A DNA stretch of 64,000 nt, taken from assembly GCF_058153355.1 (NCBI RefSeq), contig NZ_CM177019.1. One strand, given 5' to 3'. Each line of letters begins with the position of its first letter. The first letter of the stretch is position 1. Positions 1-16,647 of the stretch are shown here, in pieces. A program made the position numbers and the translations under genes. Under the pieces are notes generated by a model. That model did not search any database, was not told the origin of the DNA, and worked only from the letters and a program-made list of their open reading frames with translations.

Positions 1-114
1 AATTCAAAATTATTGAAATAAAAATAAATATCATTCAATTTGTTATTTTTGTGTTGCAATTCATTCTCCGACACGCCATTTTCTTTCTCTCGCAAATTCG
101 TTTTGGATGCACTT

Positions 115-681
115 ATGTCATTCACAAATACCCCTGAACGCTATGGTGTTATATCTGCGGCCTTCCATTGGCTAAGCGCAATTATTGTCTATGGCATGTT
201 TGCTTTAGGTCTGTGGATGGTCACGCTCAGTTATTACGATGGCTGGTACCACAAAGCACCCGAATTGCATAAAAGCATCGGCATTTTGTTAATGATGGGG
301 CTGGTTATTCGCGTTCTTTGGCGCTTCATATCTCCACCGCCGGGTCCGCTGCAAAGTTATTCGCCCATGACTCGTGTTGGCGCAAAGGCTGGACATCTTG
401 CATTGTACCTATTGCTGTTCGCCATCGGCATCAGCGGCTATCTGATCTCAACTGCCGATGGTAAACCGATCAGCGTTTTTGGCTGGTTTGACGTCCCCGC
501 GACCCTCGCCGACGCTGGCGCACAGGCTGACTTTGCCGGTGCCCTGCATTTTTGGCTCGCGTGGAGCGTCGTAGTACTGTCCGTTATGCACGGATTTATG
601 GCCCTGAAGCATCATTTCATCGATAAAGACGACACTCTGAAGCGCATGCTGGGAAAGTCGTCATCTGACTATGGAGTATAA
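115..681 (+). CDS. yceJ: cytochrome b561-family membrane protein YceJ (188 aa from internal ATG; ORF track starts at 40)
   Basis: ORF 40..681; Met at codon 26 gives recalled 188-aa length; hydrophobic His-containing helices; followed by yceI as in K-12. Confidence 0.8.
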   Translation: MSFTNTPERYGVISAAFHWLSAIIVYGMFALGLWMVTLSYYDGWYHKAPELHKSIGILLMMGLVIRVLWRFISPPPGPLQSYSPMTRVGAKAGHLALYLLLFAIGISGYLISTADGKPISVFGWFDVPATLADAGAQADFAGALHFWLAWSVVVLSVMHGFMALKHHFIDKDDTLKRMLGKSSSDYGV

Positions 682-684
682 AAA

Positions 685-1260
685 ATGAAAAAAAGCCTGC
701 TTGGTTTAACCTTCGCTTCCATGATGTTCTCTGCCGGTTCAGCGGTTGCCGCCGATTACAAAATTGACAAAGAAGGTCAGCACGCCTTTGTTAATTTCCG
801 CATCCAGCACCTTGGCTACAGCTGGTTATATGGCACCTTTAAAGATTTCGACGGTACTTTTACCTTTGATGAAAAAAATCCCGCTGCCGATAAAGTGAAT
901 GTGACAATTAACACCACCAGCGTCGATACTAATCACGCCGAACGCGATAAACATCTTCGCAGTGCGGATTTCCTCAATACCGCAAAATATCCACAGGCAA
1001 CATTCACCTCCACTAGCGTAAAGAAAGACGGTGATGAGCTGGATATTACCGGCGATCTGACGCTGAACGGGGTCACCAAACCCGTCACGCTGGAAGCGAA
1101 ATTAATTGGTCAGGGCGACGACCCGTGGGGCGGTAAACGTGCAGGCTTTGAGGCCGAAGGCAAAATTAAGCTCAAAGACTTCAATATCAAGACAGATTTA
1201 GGTTCAGCTTCTCAGGAAGTGGATCTGATTATTTCAGTGGAAGGCGTACAGCAGAAGTAA
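685..1260 (+). CDS. yceI: periplasmic polyisoprenoid-binding YceI family protein (191 aa, signal peptide)
   Basis: ORF 685..1260; N-terminal signal peptide [22 protein letters not shown]; synteny. Confidence 0.85.
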   Translation: MKKSLLGLTFASMMFSAGSAVAADYKIDKEGQHAFVNFRIQHLGYSWLYGTFKDFDGTFTFDEKNPAADKVNVTINTTSVDTNHAERDKHLRSADFLNTAKYPQATFTSTSVKKDGDELDITGDLTLNGVTKPVTLEAKLIGQGDDPWGGKRAGFEAEGKIKLKDFNIKTDLGSASQEVDLIISVEGVQQK

Positions 1261-1270
1261 GCGTGAAATG

Positions 1271-1300
1271 TTGCCGGATGACACGCATCCGGCAATGATA
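1271..1300. terminator. GC-rich hairpin between convergent yceI and trhO (putative bidirectional terminator)
   Basis: inverted repeat gccggatg ... catccggc followed by T-rich run. Confidence 0.5.
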
Positions 1301-1301
1301 T

Positions 1302-2354
1302 TTATTCTGTTGGATCAGGAATGCCCAGTGTTGTATTCAGACGTCCACGAGACTTATTAAAGATCTTATTGCCATTTTCACGTCCTGCCCGACGGCGTCG
1401 CTGTTCTTCTGGCGGTAACGCGCTTTCTTCGCAGCAAATCTCACTGCAACAACCTTTGTATTTTTCTGCACATACTGGACACTGAATAAACAGCAGGTGG
1501 CAGCCATCATTTTTACAGTTGGTATGGCTGTCGCACGGCGCACCGCACTGGTGGCAATGCGCGATAATCTCATCAGAGATACGTTCGCCCATCCGCTCGT
1601 CAAACACAAAATTTTTGCCAATAAAACGCACCGGTAAGCCCTGCTCGCGCGCCTTACGGGCGTATTCAATAATTCCGCCTTCGATATGCCAGACTTTATT
1701 GAATCCGTTATGTTTCATCCAGGCACTGGCCTTTTCACAACGAATGCCGCCGGTGCAGTACATAACGATTTTTTTATCTTTATGTTCCTGCATCATCTCG
1801 ACTGCTTTTGGTAGCTGCTCACGGAAGGTATCTGCCGGAATTTCCAGCGCGTTTTCAAAGTGCCCCACTTCATACTCATAATGATTACGCATGTCGATAA
1901 ACAGTGCATCGGGATCGTCAAGCATGGCGTTCACTTCTGCCGCTTGCAGATACTCACCAACATTACTGGCATCGAAGTGAGGATCGTCAATACCGTCGGC
2001 TACGATGCGATCGCGCACCTTCATGCGCAGTACCCAGAAGGATTTCCCGTCATCATCCAACGCGATATTCAGGCGTAAGCCATCTAAAGCCGGGTCGAAG
2101 CCGTATAGCTGTGCGCGAAATGTTTCAACATTGCTCGCAGGTACACTGATTTGCGCGTTAATCCCCTCATGCGCCAGATACACTCGCCCAAAAATATTCA
2201 GCGCAGTAAACAGCTGATATAAAGCGTCACGGGTCGCTTTCGGATCGGCGATGTGGAAATACTTATAAAACGAAATGGTGGTGCGCGGTTCGCGCTCAGC
2301 CAACATTTTGGCTTTCAGCGCGTCGTTGGAAATGCGGTTGTGTAACACTGGCAT
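1302..2354 (-). CDS. trhO: rhodanese-domain tRNA uridine(34) hydroxylase TrhO/YceA (350 aa from internal ATG)
   Basis: ORF 1302..2408; start MPVLHNRIS gives 350 aa; rhodanese active-site motif CTGGIRCEK; C-terminal Cys-rich tail. Confidence 0.85.
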   Translation of the reverse strand: MPVLHNRISNDALKAKMLAEREPRTTISFYKYFHIADPKATRDALYQLFTALNIFGRVYLAHEGINAQISVPASNVETFRAQLYGFDPALDGLRLNIALDDDGKSFWVLRMKVRDRIVADGIDDPHFDASNVGEYLQAAEVNAMLDDPDALFIDMRNHYEYEVGHFENALEIPADTFREQLPKAVEMMQEHKDKKIVMYCTGGIRCEKASAWMKHNGFNKVWHIEGGIIEYARKAREQGLPVRFIGKNFVFDERMGERISDEIIAHCHQCGAPCDSHTNCKNDGCHLLFIQCPVCAEKYKGCCSEICCEESALPPEEQRRRRAGRENGNKIFNKSRGRLNTTLGIPDPTE

Positions 2355-2578
2355 GGTGTACGGTTCCTGCGAGATGGGAAAGTAAAAATCCGCGGCATGA
2401 TATAGCAATTATCGATAATTAACATCCACGCATTTTACGCTACATTTGTGCATTAAAAATTATTTATTATTTACAAGCGCGGTAATTTCGCCCAGTCTTC
2501 AGCCACAAATTTTGGTTGCGGGCGAAAAAATGCGACAATACATACAATTGCCCGAATAGGTTGAAAAACAGGATTGAT

Positions 2579-3499
2579 ATGACGAATCTACCCAAGTTCT
2601 CCACCGCACTGCTTCATCCGCGTTATTGGTTAACCTGGTTGGGTATTGGCGTACTTTGGTTGGTCGTGCAATTGCCCTACCCGGTTATCTACCGCCTCGG
2701 TTGTGGATTAGGAAAACTGGCGTTACGTTTTATGAAACGACGCGCAAAAATTGTGCATCGCAACCTGGAACTGTGCTTCCCGAAAATGAGCGAACAAGAA
2801 CGCCGTAAAATGGTGGTGAAGAATTTCGAATCCGTTGGCATGGGACTGATGGAAACTGGCATGGCGTGGTTCTGGCCGGACCGCCGAATCGCCCGCTGGA
2901 CGGAAGTGATCGGCATGGAACACATTCGTGACGTGCAGGCGCAAAAACGCGGCATCCTGTTAGTTGGCATCCATTTTCTGACCCTGGAGCTGGGTGCGCG
3001 GCAGTTTGGTATGCAGGAGCCGGGCATTGGCGTTTACCGCCCGAACGATAATCCACTGATTGACTGGCTACAAACCTGGGGCCGTTTGCGCTCAAATAAA
3101 TCGATGCTCGACCGCAAAGATTTAAAAGGCATGATTAAAGCCCTGAAAAAAGGCGAAGTGGTCTGGTACGCACCGGATCATGATTACGGCCCGCGCTCAA
3201 GCGTTTTCGTCCCGTTGTTTGCCGTTGAGCAGGCTGCGACCACAACCGGAACCTGGATGCTGGCACGGATGTCCGGCGCATGTCTGGTGCCCTTCGTTCC
3301 ACGCCGTAAGCCAGATGGCAAAGGGTATCAGTTGATTATGCTACCGCCAGAGTGTTCTCCGCCGCTGGATGATGCCGAAACCACCGCCGCGTGGATGAAC
3401 AAAGTGGTCGAAAAATGCATCATGATGGCACCAGAGCAGTATATGTGGTTACACCGTCGCTTTAAAACACGTCCGGAAGGCGTTCCTTCACGCTATTAA
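2579..3499 (+). CDS. lpxL: lipid A biosynthesis lauroyl acyltransferase LpxL/HtrB (306 aa)
   Basis: ORF 2516..3499; internal start [17 protein letters not shown] gives 306 aa; acyltransferase family sequence. Confidence 0.85.
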   Translation: MTNLPKFSTALLHPRYWLTWLGIGVLWLVVQLPYPVIYRLGCGLGKLALRFMKRRAKIVHRNLELCFPKMSEQERRKMVVKNFESVGMGLMETGMAWFWPDRRIARWTEVIGMEHIRDVQAQKRGILLVGIHFLTLELGARQFGMQEPGIGVYRPNDNPLIDWLQTWGRLRSNKSMLDRKDLKGMIKALKKGEVVWYAPDHDYGPRSSVFVPLFAVEQAATTTGTWMLARMSGACLVPFVPRRKPDGKGYQLIMLPPECSPPLDDAETTAAWMNKVVEKCIMMAPEQYMWLHRRFKTRPEGVPSRY

Positions 3500-3506
3500 A
3501 TCTCCC

Positions 3507-3537
3507 ATGCCGGATGCTTCAAAATGGCATCCGGCAT
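3507..3537. terminator. stem-loop downstream of lpxL (putative terminator or REP-like hairpin)
   Basis: atgccggatgc ... gcatccggcat inverted repeat. Confidence 0.4.
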
Positions 3538-3670
3538 TCCCACAGCAAATCCTCCTGATTTAGCGATAAAAGCTCTCTGGATTGCGCCCCCTGGAAGTCG
3601 GGCGCATAATTAGTGTGCTTATCTTTTCTTCTTATGTTCACCGCGCCTGGCGCACCAACAGCGGATTGCT

Positions 3671-4897
3671 ATGTCACCCTGTGAAAATGACACCCCTATA
3701 AACTGGAAACGAAACCTGATCGTCGCCTGGCTAGGCTGTTTTCTTACCGGTGCCGCCTTCAGCCTGGTAATGCCCTTCTTACCCCTCTACGTTGAGCAGC
3801 TTGGCGTTACGGGCCACTCCGCCTTGAATATGTGGTCCGGTATTGTCTTCAGCATTACATTTTTATTTTCGGCCATCGCCTCACCGTTTTGGGGTGGGCT
3901 TGCCGACCGTAAAGGCCGAAAACTCATGCTATTACGCTCTGCCCTTGGGATGGGCATCGTGATGGTGTTAATGGGGATGGCACAAAATATCTGGCAGTTT
4001 TTGATCCTGCGGGCGCTGCTTGGTTTGCTTGGCGGATTTGTTCCCAACGCTAATGCTCTTATCGCCACACAAGTACCGCGTAATAAAAGCGGCTGGGCGC
4101 TGGGTACGCTCTCCACAGGCGGCGTTAGCGGCGCGTTGCTCGGCCCAATGGCTGGTGGTTTGCTTGCCGATAGCTACGGCTTACGTCCGGTATTCTTTAT
4201 TACCGCCAGTGTGCTGATACTTTGCTTTTTCGTCACCCTGTTTTGCATCCGAGAAAAATTCCAGCCTGTCAGCAAAAAAGAGATGCTGCACATGCGAGAA
4301 GTGGTGACATCACTTAAAAACCCGAAACTGGTACTCAGCCTGTTTGTCACCACGTTAATCATCCAGGTGGCGACGGGTTCAATTGCCCCTATTCTGACGC
4401 TGTATGTACGCGAACTGGCGGGTAACGTCAGTAATGTCGCCTTTATCAGCGGCATGATCGCCTCGGTGCCAGGCGTGGCTGCTCTGCTGAGTGCACCACG
4501 ACTCGGCAAACTTGGCGATCGAATCGGACCCGAAAAGATCCTGATTACAGCGTTGATCTTTTCTGTACTGCTGTTGATCCCAATGTCTTACGTTCAGACA
4601 CCGTTACAACTTGGGATCTTACGCTTTTTGCTCGGTGCTGCCGATGGTGCACTACTCCCCGCCGTACAGACACTATTGGTTTACAACTCAAGCAACCAAA
4701 TCGCCGGGCGTATTTTCAGCTATAACCAATCGTTTCGTGATATTGGCAACGTTACCGGACCATTGATGGGAGCAGCGATTTCAGCGAACTACGGTTTCAG
4801 AGCGGTATTCCTCGTCACCGCTGGCGTAGTGTTATTCAACGCAGTCTATTCATGGAACAGTCTGCGCCGTCGTCGGATACCCCAGGTATCAAACTGA
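3671..4897 (+). CDS. mdtG: MFS multidrug efflux transporter MdtG (408 aa)
   Basis: ORF 3671..4897; 12-TM MFS-like hydrophobic profile; length and synteny. Confidence 0.85.
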   Translation: MSPCENDTPINWKRNLIVAWLGCFLTGAAFSLVMPFLPLYVEQLGVTGHSALNMWSGIVFSITFLFSAIASPFWGGLADRKGRKLMLLRSALGMGIVMVLMGMAQNIWQFLILRALLGLLGGFVPNANALIATQVPRNKSGWALGTLSTGGVSGALLGPMAGGLLADSYGLRPVFFITASVLILCFFVTLFCIREKFQPVSKKEMLHMREVVTSLKNPKLVLSLFVTTLIIQVATGSIAPILTLYVRELAGNVSNVAFISGMIASVPGVAALLSAPRLGKLGDRIGPEKILITALIFSVLLLIPMSYVQTPLQLGILRFLLGAADGALLPAVQTLLVYNSSNQIAGRIFSYNQSFRDIGNVTGPLMGAAISANYGFRAVFLVTAGVVLFNAVYSWNSLRRRRIPQVSN

Positions 4898-4979
4898 TTT
4901 TTCGCCTTTCATACTTGCAATAGCGGAGAATCAGCTATCCTTTTCCCTGAAACCTCATCAACTCAAAGGGAGAATCGTG

Positions 4980-5354
4980 ATGACCATGTACGCAACGCTT
5001 GAAGAAGCCATTGACGCTGCACGCGAAGAATTTCTTGCAGACAACCCCGGCATCGACGCCGAAAATGCGAATGTGCAACAGTTCAATGCCCAAAAATACG
5101 TTTTGCAGGACGGCGACATCATGTGGCAAGTTGAGTTTTTTGCCGACGAAGGGGAAGAAGGTGAATGTTTACCTATGCTTAGCGGTGAAGCCGCGCAAAG
5201 TGTTTTTGATGGCGACTATGATGAGATAGAAATCCGCCAGGAGTGGCAGGAAGAGAATACATTACATGAATGGGACGAGGGGGAATTTCAGCTTGAGCCA
5301 CCGCTGGATACGGAAGAAGGACGGGCAGCTGCTGATGAGTGGGATGAACGCTAA
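4980..5354 (+). CDS. msyB: acidic protein MsyB (about 124 aa)
   Basis: ORF 4977..5354; extremely Asp/Glu-rich; synteny between mdtG and yceK. Confidence 0.8.
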   Translation: MTMYATLEEAIDAAREEFLADNPGIDAENANVQQFNAQKYVLQDGDIMWQVEFFADEGEEGECLPMLSGEAAQSVFDGDYDEIEIRQEWQEENTLHEWDEGEFQLEPPLDTEEGRAAADEWDER

Positions 5355-5582
5355 TTACTCATACGAGCCATGATGAATGTCGATCGGCAGCAGTAAAGTA
5401 TCAAAAACCAGGGAGAATGGCAGATCAAGGATCGTGACGTAACGCCAGGCGGAGTCACGCACATCCCATTGCACACCGGGATAATATTGGTTGCCATGCC
5501 CCTGCCCCGGTATAGTGCGACTAATGATGCTGCCACAGCCACACAGCAAGGTCACCATGATGCTCACCATAATTAAACGCAT
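5355..5582 (-). CDS. yceK: small lipoprotein YceK (75 aa)
   Basis: ORF 5355..5582; lipobox LLCGCGS near N-terminus; synteny. Confidence 0.75.
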   Translation of the reverse strand: MRLIMVSIMVTLLCGCGSIISRTIPGQGHGNQYYPGVQWDVRDSAWRYVTILDLPFSLVFDTLLLPIDIHHGSYE

Positions 5583-5608
5583 TTGATACCCCTTCCGTAA
5601 AAAAATAC

Positions 5609-5621
5609 CGGCATAACGCCG
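5609..5621. repeat. 13-bp target-site duplication, left copy (cggcataacgccg)
   Basis: identical 13-mer flanks both IS4 ends (second copy 7048..7060). Confidence 0.85.
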
Positions 5622-7047
5622 TAATGCCAGTCAGTTAAGCAACTGACTGGCTCTTTTTCGGGGCTGTGGGGTATTTCCAGGGCCTCTCCTTTACCACTCT
5701 CGGGAAGGCCCTTTCCCTTCTTGTCGGTAATTTCACAAGTTGTCCCATACTTGCAAGATCGCGCATCAGCTCCGGTATACGTCCCGGTGAAGCGCCCTGC
5801 AATGTCATCAGCATTCTCATCACCATTCCGCATGATTCTGAGAAACTCAGTTGATTCGGCCAGTAACCTTTCAGATGTTCCGCCATTTTAATCATCTGAT
5901 ATCTCACCAGATTATAAGCCAGTAAGACACCCCACAGCTCTTGCTCCACAAGCTCCGGCTTTTTACTTCTCAGCGTCAGCCTGCTCAGTTGCATCGTCTG
6001 TTTTATCTCCCTGTATCCCAGTTCGATTTCCCAGCGATGACTGTACAGATCCGCCATTTCTCCTCCGGGGAAGCGCATGGCGTCCGTCATCGACGTCAGC
6101 AGATGGCAGACTTTTCCTTTGCGCGTCACGGTCAGCAGGCGGGCTGTCACTTCATTTCCCAGTCCCGGCCACTTTTTTCGTGCCTGCGGGCTGGTTTTCA
6201 GCTTCACCAGATGATCGCCTTTACCCAGTTTTCTGATCTCTTCATATTGCGCTCCCTTTCTGAGAGGTATCATCCAGTGGCGGTGTTCTCCCGCCAGGCT
6301 CCAGGCATTTAACAGTCCCAGTGAGTAATAACCTTTATCCATTAACGTCAGAGTGTTATCGCCGGTTTGTTCTATAAGTTGCTCAGCAAGCTCATTTTCG
6401 CTGTTCTTCATCGTGCCGAAGGCTGCAGCCGTCAGCAGATGGCTGGTCAGTTCCATCTGGCAGACCATTTTGACCTGCGGGTAGAGCGCCGGGTTCCCGG
6501 CATGTGTCTGGCGGGGGAAGGCTGCATCGTTCTCTGGTGTATCCGGTGTGCGCCAGAACACACCATCGATGGCCAGCAGGGTCAGGCCGCACCAGTGCGG
6601 ATGCGGCGTGGCGTTATGCCAGAGCTGCGCTGTTTTCGTGAACACGCGGCGGACAGCCTCACTTCCCAGGCGCTGGCGGGCCTGAATAACGGCACTGGGG
6701 GCAACGAAGGGGCGATTGCCCGGCAGCATGATGTCCAGGCGATTCACAATCTGGTGAAGAGGTTCTTTACGCTCAAGCGCCATGCCAACAATACACCAGA
6801 CCATCATTTCGAGGGGAAGACGGCGCTTGCGTAGCGTTACAGTACCTGATTCGGCAAGGCAACGAGAGATGAGTTCGGGGTCGAGGTAATCCCCCAGAGA
6901 AGTCAGTGGGTTACGCAGAGAATCGTAACGGGATACCAGATCAAGAGCCTGTCCAATGTGCATAAAAAAATCCGGAAACAAGTGAGCGTTTCCGGATTCT
7001 TACACAGCCACTGGATCGGTCAACTGATCCTTAACTGATCGGCATTA
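5622..7047 (-). mobile_element. insertion sequence IS4, complete 1426-bp copy
   Basis: 1426 bp matches recalled IS4 length; imperfect terminal inverted repeats (taatgccag... / ...ggcatta); single 442-aa transposase; flanked by 13-bp direct repeat. Confidence 0.9.
5635..6963 (-). CDS. insG: IS4 transposase InsG (442 aa from Met [10 protein letters not shown])
   Basis: ORF 5635..6981; sequence recognised as the IS4-family DDE transposase. Confidence 0.9.
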   Translation of the reverse strand: MHIGQALDLVSRYDSLRNPLTSLGDYLDPELISRCLAESGTVTLRKRRLPLEMMVWCIVGMALERKEPLHQIVNRLDIMLPGNRPFVAPSAVIQARQRLGSEAVRRVFTKTAQLWHNATPHPHWCGLTLLAIDGVFWRTPDTPENDAAFPRQTHAGNPALYPQVKMVCQMELTSHLLTAAAFGTMKNSENELAEQLIEQTGDNTLTLMDKGYYSLGLLNAWSLAGEHRHWMIPLRKGAQYEEIRKLGKGDHLVKLKTSPQARKKWPGLGNEVTARLLTVTRKGKVCHLLTSMTDAMRFPGGEMADLYSHRWEIELGYREIKQTMQLSRLTLRSKKPELVEQELWGVLLAYNLVRYQMIKMAEHLKGYWPNQLSFSESCGMVMRMLMTLQGASPGRIPELMRDLASMGQLVKLPTRRERAFPRVVKERPWKYPTAPKKSQSVA

Positions 7048-7060
7048 CGGCATAACGCCG
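7048..7060. repeat. 13-bp target-site duplication, right copy (cggcataacgccg)
   Basis: identical to 5609..5621. Confidence 0.85.
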
Positions 7061-7085
7061 GTATTTTTATTGGCTCGTTGTTTTT

Positions 7086-7185
7086 GCCTAATGCGGCGTG
7101 AACGCCTTATCCGACCTACAAAATCTTGCAAAATCAATACATCGTAGAACGTTGTAGGCCTGGTAAGCGTAGCGCATCAGGCAAC
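7086..7185. repeat. REP/BIME element (pair of inverted REP units)
   Basis: gcctaatgcggcgtgaacgccttatccgacctac and inverted partner gtaggcctggtaagcgtagcgcatcaggc. Confidence 0.7.
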
Positions 7186-7191
7186 TACGTT

Positions 7192-11374
<4,183 letters not shown>

Positions 11375-11656
11375 TCAGCACGCTGGCTCATGGATTAAGC
11401 ACCTGATTGCAACCGTTTTCACTTTCCGTGCTTCTCCTAAAGACAGAAGCATCGACTTCGTGTAGGGTTTGCCAGCAAATTTATTTATCAACCGTCTTAC
11501 AGACGCTTCCATTCTGGTTAGTGGTAGCGATGATGCTATGCATAAAAACCTTGAAGCCTGCGTCTGGCGCGGTCAGGTCGGTGTCGCTATGGCAACAAGC
11601 CTAAAGGCATAACCCGACAGGGATAAGACGAAAAATCCGAGATTAGTTAACCATAT

Positions 11657-12814
11657 ATGAATCCAGTACCCGCGCAACGTGAATATTTCCTCGACTCCAT
11701 CCGCGCCTGGCTGATGTTGTTAGGGATCCCTTTTCATATTTCTTTAATCTATTCGAGCCATACATGGCATGTGAATAGCGCCGAACCGTCATTGTGGCTG
11801 ACCCTTTTTAATGACTTCATCCACTCGTTCCGCATGCAGGTATTTTTCGTTATATCCGGGTACTTTTCTTACATGCTTTTTTTACGCTATCCCTTGAAAA
11901 AATGGTGGAAAGTACGTGTCGAACGTGTAGGGATCCCGATGTTAACAGCCATCCCCCTACTGACATTGCCGCAATTTATTATGCTGCAATACGTCAAAGG
12001 GAAAGCGGAAAGTTGGCCTGGGCTGTCATTGTATGACAAATATAATACGTTGGCCTGGGAATTAATATCACACCTGTGGTTTTTACTGGTGTTAGTGGTC
12101 ATGACGACGCTGTGCGTATGGATATTTAAACGCATCAGAAATAATTTAGAAAATTCTGATAAAACGAATAAAAAATTCTCGATGGTAAAATTATCGGTGA
12201 TTTTTTTGTGCCTCGGCATCGGTTATGCGGTAATAAGAAGAACGATTTTTATTGTGTATCCACCCATTCTGAGTAACGGCATGTTCAATTTTATTGTCAT
12301 GCAAACGTTATTTTATTTGCCGTTCTTTATCCTCGGCGCACTGGCTTTCATTTTCCCTCATCTTAAAGCCTTGTTTACCACGCCGTCTCGTGGCTGTACC
12401 CTCGCAGCAGCATTGGCATTTGTCGCTTACTTACTCAACCAGCGCTATGGCAGTGGCGATGCCTGGATGTACGAAACCGAGTCGGTGATCACCATGGTCC
12501 TCGGTCTGTGGATGGTGAATGTGGTCTTCTCCTTCGGCCACCGTTTGCTTAACTTCCAGTCAGCGCGGGTGACTTACTTTGTTAACGCATCGCTATTTAT
12601 CTATCTGGTTCACCACCCGTTAACGCTGTTTTTCGGCGCGTACATTACACCGCACATCACCTCCAACTGGCTTGGTTTTCTCTGTGGCCTGATATTCGTA
12701 GTAGGGATTGCGATAATTCTGTATGAAATTCATTTACGCATCCCGTTACTGAAGTTTTTGTTCTCTGGTAAACCGGTTGTTAAGCGTGAGAACGATAAAG
12801 CACCAGCCCGTTAA
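11657..12814 (+). CDS. opgC: glucan succinyltransferase OpgC/MdoC (385 aa, membrane acyltransferase)
   Basis: ORF 11657..12814; polytopic acyltransferase-3-like; divergent from opgGH as in K-12. Confidence 0.85.
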   Translation: MNPVPAQREYFLDSIRAWLMLLGIPFHISLIYSSHTWHVNSAEPSLWLTLFNDFIHSFRMQVFFVISGYFSYMLFLRYPLKKWWKVRVERVGIPMLTAIPLLTLPQFIMLQYVKGKAESWPGLSLYDKYNTLAWELISHLWFLLVLVVMTTLCVWIFKRIRNNLENSDKTNKKFSMVKLSVIFLCLGIGYAVIRRTIFIVYPPILSNGMFNFIVMQTLFYLPFFILGALAFIFPHLKALFTTPSRGCTLAAALAFVAYLLNQRYGSGDAWMYETESVITMVLGLWMVNVVFSFGHRLLNFQSARVTYFVNASLFIYLVHHPLTLFFGAYITPHITSNWLGFLCGLIFVVGIAIILYEIHLRIPLLKFLFSGKPVVKRENDKAPAR

Positions 12815-12821
12815 GCCGCGT

Positions 12822-14252
12822 TTACAATAACCATTCCACAGGCAATATCGACGCCAGTCTGACCATAACCCGCTTCCAGAAACTGGTAGCGGGTTCTTTT
12901 TTGAGAACAATTTCTTTCTTAGCATGACGATCAACCCAGTTGATCCGCCCCCACCTGTCCAGACGGAGCTGCCAGGCCGCATCATACTGGCTCTGAATAA
13001 AGCGTTTATCAATTAACTGTGCCAGCGTTTCGCTCTCTATCACGAACCCCATTTCAGTATTGAGCAATGTCGAACGTGGATCGAAATTGAAAGAGCCAAT
13101 AAACACCGTTTTACCATCGATGCTAAAGGTTTTAGCATGCAGGCTGGCACCGGAATTACCGGTTATGCCGCGATCGTGTAACGTACTACTTTGTTCACGC
13201 GTCGGCTTGAGTTCATATAATTCCACGCCGTAGCGGAGCAATTTTTTGCGCCAGCGCGCGTATCCGGCATGGACGACAGCAACATCGTTAGCGGCAAGAG
13301 AATTGGTTAGGATCGCAATCTTTACCCCTTTTCTCACCATCCGTAAGAGTTGCGCCACACCTGCGCGTGTCGGTACAAAATAGGAAGAGATAATATCGAT
13401 GCGTTCACTGGGTGAGCCCATGATATCGAACAGGCGCTGCGGTAACAGTGAATGCCGTTTTGCCTTGCCTTCCCCTTTCGCCGGATCATCACTTAATAAA
13501 CGTGTTTTCGCCCAGATAAGCGGCAACGTTCCCTCAACCAGATGATTTATAAACGGGCTGGATTCCATTTTGCGTAAATAACGATGCGTCATGGCATCGT
13601 CATGCCAGGAGGCGGGTAACTCGATGCGATCCGCCATTTCACCTTCCGGGACATCCAGCACCTGCTGTAAGGGTGAAACCGATTTACAATACCAGTAGCG
13701 GGCGAAATCATCGGCAACGTCCTCTACAACTGGTCCTATTGCCATGACATCTAAATCCGAAAAAAGTGGCTCTTCCCCTGCACCAAAATAGGCATCACCA
13801 ATATTTCGCCCTCCTACCAGCGTCACCACGCCATCGACAGTGAAACTTTTATTGTGCATACGGCGATTGAGACGGGAAAAGTCGGTGATATAACCAAGCG
13901 GACGTAGCAAGCGAAACGAGAAAGGATTAAAAAGCCGGACTTCAATGCGGGGATGACTGTCAAGCAAGCGTAAAATGTCGTCAAGTCCGGGTGTATTGTT
14001 GTCGTCCAGCAACAAACGGACGCGAACGCCACGCTTTGCTGCGGCTAACAGGGCGGAAAACAGTAACCGACCCGACATATCGTCCTGCCAGATGTAATAC
14101 TGAACATCCAGCGTATGCTCTGCCATTTCGGCCAGACGATACCGGGCGGCAAACGCATCCAGACTTTTCTCCAGAGGGAAAAGGCCACACTGACCGGGAT
14201 GTTGCGAACACAGTGGCAGCACCGCGCTCGCCAGCCGGGGCAAATCATTCAT
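12822..14252 (-). CDS. clsC: cardiolipin synthase C ClsC/YmdC, phospholipase D family (start uncertain: ATG 14252 or TTG 14243)
   Basis: ORF 12822..14312; two HxK(x)4D-type PLD motifs (MHNKSF..., [10 protein letters not shown]...); synteny with ymdB. Confidence 0.8.
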   Translation of the reverse strand: MNDLPRLASAVLPLCSQHPGQCGLFPLEKSLDAFAARYRLAEMAEHTLDVQYYIWQDDMSGRLLFSALLAAAKRGVRVRLLLDDNNTPGLDDILRLLDSHPRIEVRLFNPFSFRLLRPLGYITDFSRLNRRMHNKSFTVDGVVTLVGGRNIGDAYFGAGEEPLFSDLDVMAIGPVVEDVADDFARYWYCKSVSPLQQVLDVPEGEMADRIELPASWHDDAMTHRYLRKMESSPFINHLVEGTLPLIWAKTRLLSDDPAKGEGKAKRHSLLPQRLFDIMGSPSERIDIISSYFVPTRAGVAQLLRMVRKGVKIAILTNSLAANDVAVVHAGYARWRKKLLRYGVELYELKPTREQSSTLHDRGITGNSGASLHAKTFSIDGKTVFIGSFNFDPRSTLLNTEMGFVIESETLAQLIDKRFIQSQYDAAWQLRLDRWGRINWVDRHAKKEIVLKKEPATSFWKRVMVRLASILPVEWLL

Positions 14253-14778
14253 CTCCTTGTTGGGTAAGGAGTCTTTCGTAGAGGTGGGCGTTTTCTTCAT
14301 CATAACAGACAAAGTATACCTGTTCGGGTAAAGCGTGACGGGTAATAAATTCTGAAACGGTTTTTACTGCGATTTCAGCCGCTGCCGCACGAGGGTAACC
14401 ATAAACCCCAGTACTAATTGCAGGAAAAGCCACTGACGTATAGCTGTTTGCCGCCACCAGTCGTAGGCTATTGAGATAGGCATCCTGCAAAAGCTGGTCT
14501 TCGTTTTGTTCACCACCACGCCAGACTGGCCCGACGGTGTGCACTACGGCTTTCGCGGGAAGATCGCCTGCAAGCGTAATAACGGCATGCCCCGTAGGGC
14601 AATCGCCCTGCTGCTGCCTGACTTTTAAACAGGCATCCAGCAGGGCCGGACCCGCTGCGCGATGAATGGCCCCATCGACGCCGCCGCCTCCCATTAATGA
14701 CGGATTAGCAGCATTCACAATCACATCAACGGCCAGTTTGGTAATATCACCCTGCACAACATGAATACGCGTTTTCAT
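14245..14778 (-). CDS. ymdB: macro-domain O-acetyl-ADP-ribose deacetylase YmdB (177 aa)
   Basis: ORF 14245..14778; macro domain motifs ([23 protein letters not shown]). Confidence 0.85.
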
Positions 14779-14872
14779 AACGCCTCCTTACACCTTCTTG
14801 TTTCTTAAGTGTACAGCAGGCTTTTTGGTTAAATCGCATTTTTCTGCTCAGCAAGGTGAGTTGTTCAGAAAC

Positions 14873-15252
<380 letters not shown>

Positions 15253-15253
15253 C

Positions 15254-15637
<384 letters not shown>

Positions 15638-15695
15638 ATTCTTCTCCCGAAAAAAAACAGGGCTTGCGCCCTGTTTCTTTAATACAGAGGATGTA

Positions 15696-16151
15696 TTAGT
15701 ACTGATGAGCGGTCGCGTTGTTACCAAAGCCAACCTGAGTGACGTTAACGCTGGAGTTAGATGCAGTCTGGTCAACAGCAGCACCGTTACCGCCACCGAA
15801 CTGTTTAACAGTCATAGTAGAATCTTTACCATTCCACTGATCAAGAGTGGCGCTGTTACCGAAGCCACGCTGAGTCAGATCGATTGAGCTGTCATCTGAG
15901 CCCTGACCAACATCTGCACCGTTACCACCGCCATGCTGGGTAATAGTCAAGTCAGAGTTACGGGCATCAGTTTGCAGAGCAAGTGCAGAGTTACCGCCAC
16001 CGTACTGGTAAATGTTCAGCTCTGAATTTGGGCCGCTATTATTACCGCCACCACCGTGGTTACCGCCGCCGCCGTACTGAGGAACAACACCTGCCAGAGC
16101 GCTACCAGAGAATACGATTGCTGCAATTGCTGCTACTTTTAAAAGTTTCAT
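15696..16151 (-). CDS. csgA: major curlin subunit CsgA (151 aa)
   Basis: ORF 15696..16151; five imperfect Gln/Asn/Gly-rich curlin repeats. Confidence 0.95.
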   Translation of the reverse strand: MKLLKVAAIAAIVFSGSALAGVVPQYGGGGNHGGGGNNSGPNSELNIYQYGGGNSALALQTDARNSDLTITQHGGGNGADVGQGSDDSSIDLTQRGFGNSATLDQWNGKDSTMTVKQFGGGNGAAVDQTASNSSVNVTQVGFGNNATAHQY

Positions 16152-16191
16152 GTAAAACCCCCATCGGATTGATTTAAAAGTCGAATGGAAA

Positions 16192-16647
16192 TTAACGTTG
16201 TGTCACGCGAATAGCCATTTGCGACTGTCTCTGCACTACAATTGCCGTTTTTTGAGTACCATACTGTGTAATATTTGCTTTATTACCAGAACCTTTCTGG
16301 ATAATCATCGCAGTATTACCATAAGCACCTTGCGAAATACTGGCATCGTTGGCATTGCCCGCCTGATCAATATATGCAAGGTTATAATCTCCTGTCTGGT
16401 CAATCTTTGCCCGGTTGCTACTACCTTCTTGCGCAACAACCGCCAAAAGTTTTGAGCCTCCCTGCCGTAACTGAGCACTATTATTAGTCCCAGCTTGACC
16501 AATTATGGCTGCCTGATTAAATGAAGACTTACTCAATTCATTTACCGCGAAGTTATATTCTGAATTAGCTAAATCATAACCTGCTGCGGCTGCAATCCCA
16601 GGCGCACCCAGTATTGTTAACATCATAAATAACAATTTGTTTTTCAT
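16192..16647 (-). CDS. csgB: minor curlin nucleator CsgB (151 aa)
   Basis: ORF 16192..16674; start MKNKLLFMMLTILG; curlin repeats. Confidence 0.9.
   Translation of the reverse strand: MKNKLLFMMLTILGAPGIAAAAGYDLANSEYNFAVNELSKSSFNQAAIIGQAGTNNSAQLRQGGSKLLAVVAQEGSSNRAKIDQTGDYNLAYIDQAGNANDASISQGAYGNTAMIIQKGSGNKANITQYGTQKTAIVVQRQSQMAIRVTQR

Noticed and set aside
1-114. N-terminal 25-codon extension of the yceJ ORF (track start at 40)
   Set aside because: Extension is Cys/Ser-rich without an RBS; the internal ATG at 115 gives the expected 188-aa protein
1337-2217. Several 60-120-aa ORFs inside or antisense to trhO
   Set aside because: Nested in a well-supported 350-aa gene in alternative frames; no supporting features
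5573-5854. ORFs 5573..5833 (-) and 5666..5854 (+) spanning the yceK upstream region and IS4 end
   Set aside because: Cross the IS4 boundary or run antisense to the transposase; artefacts of the insertion
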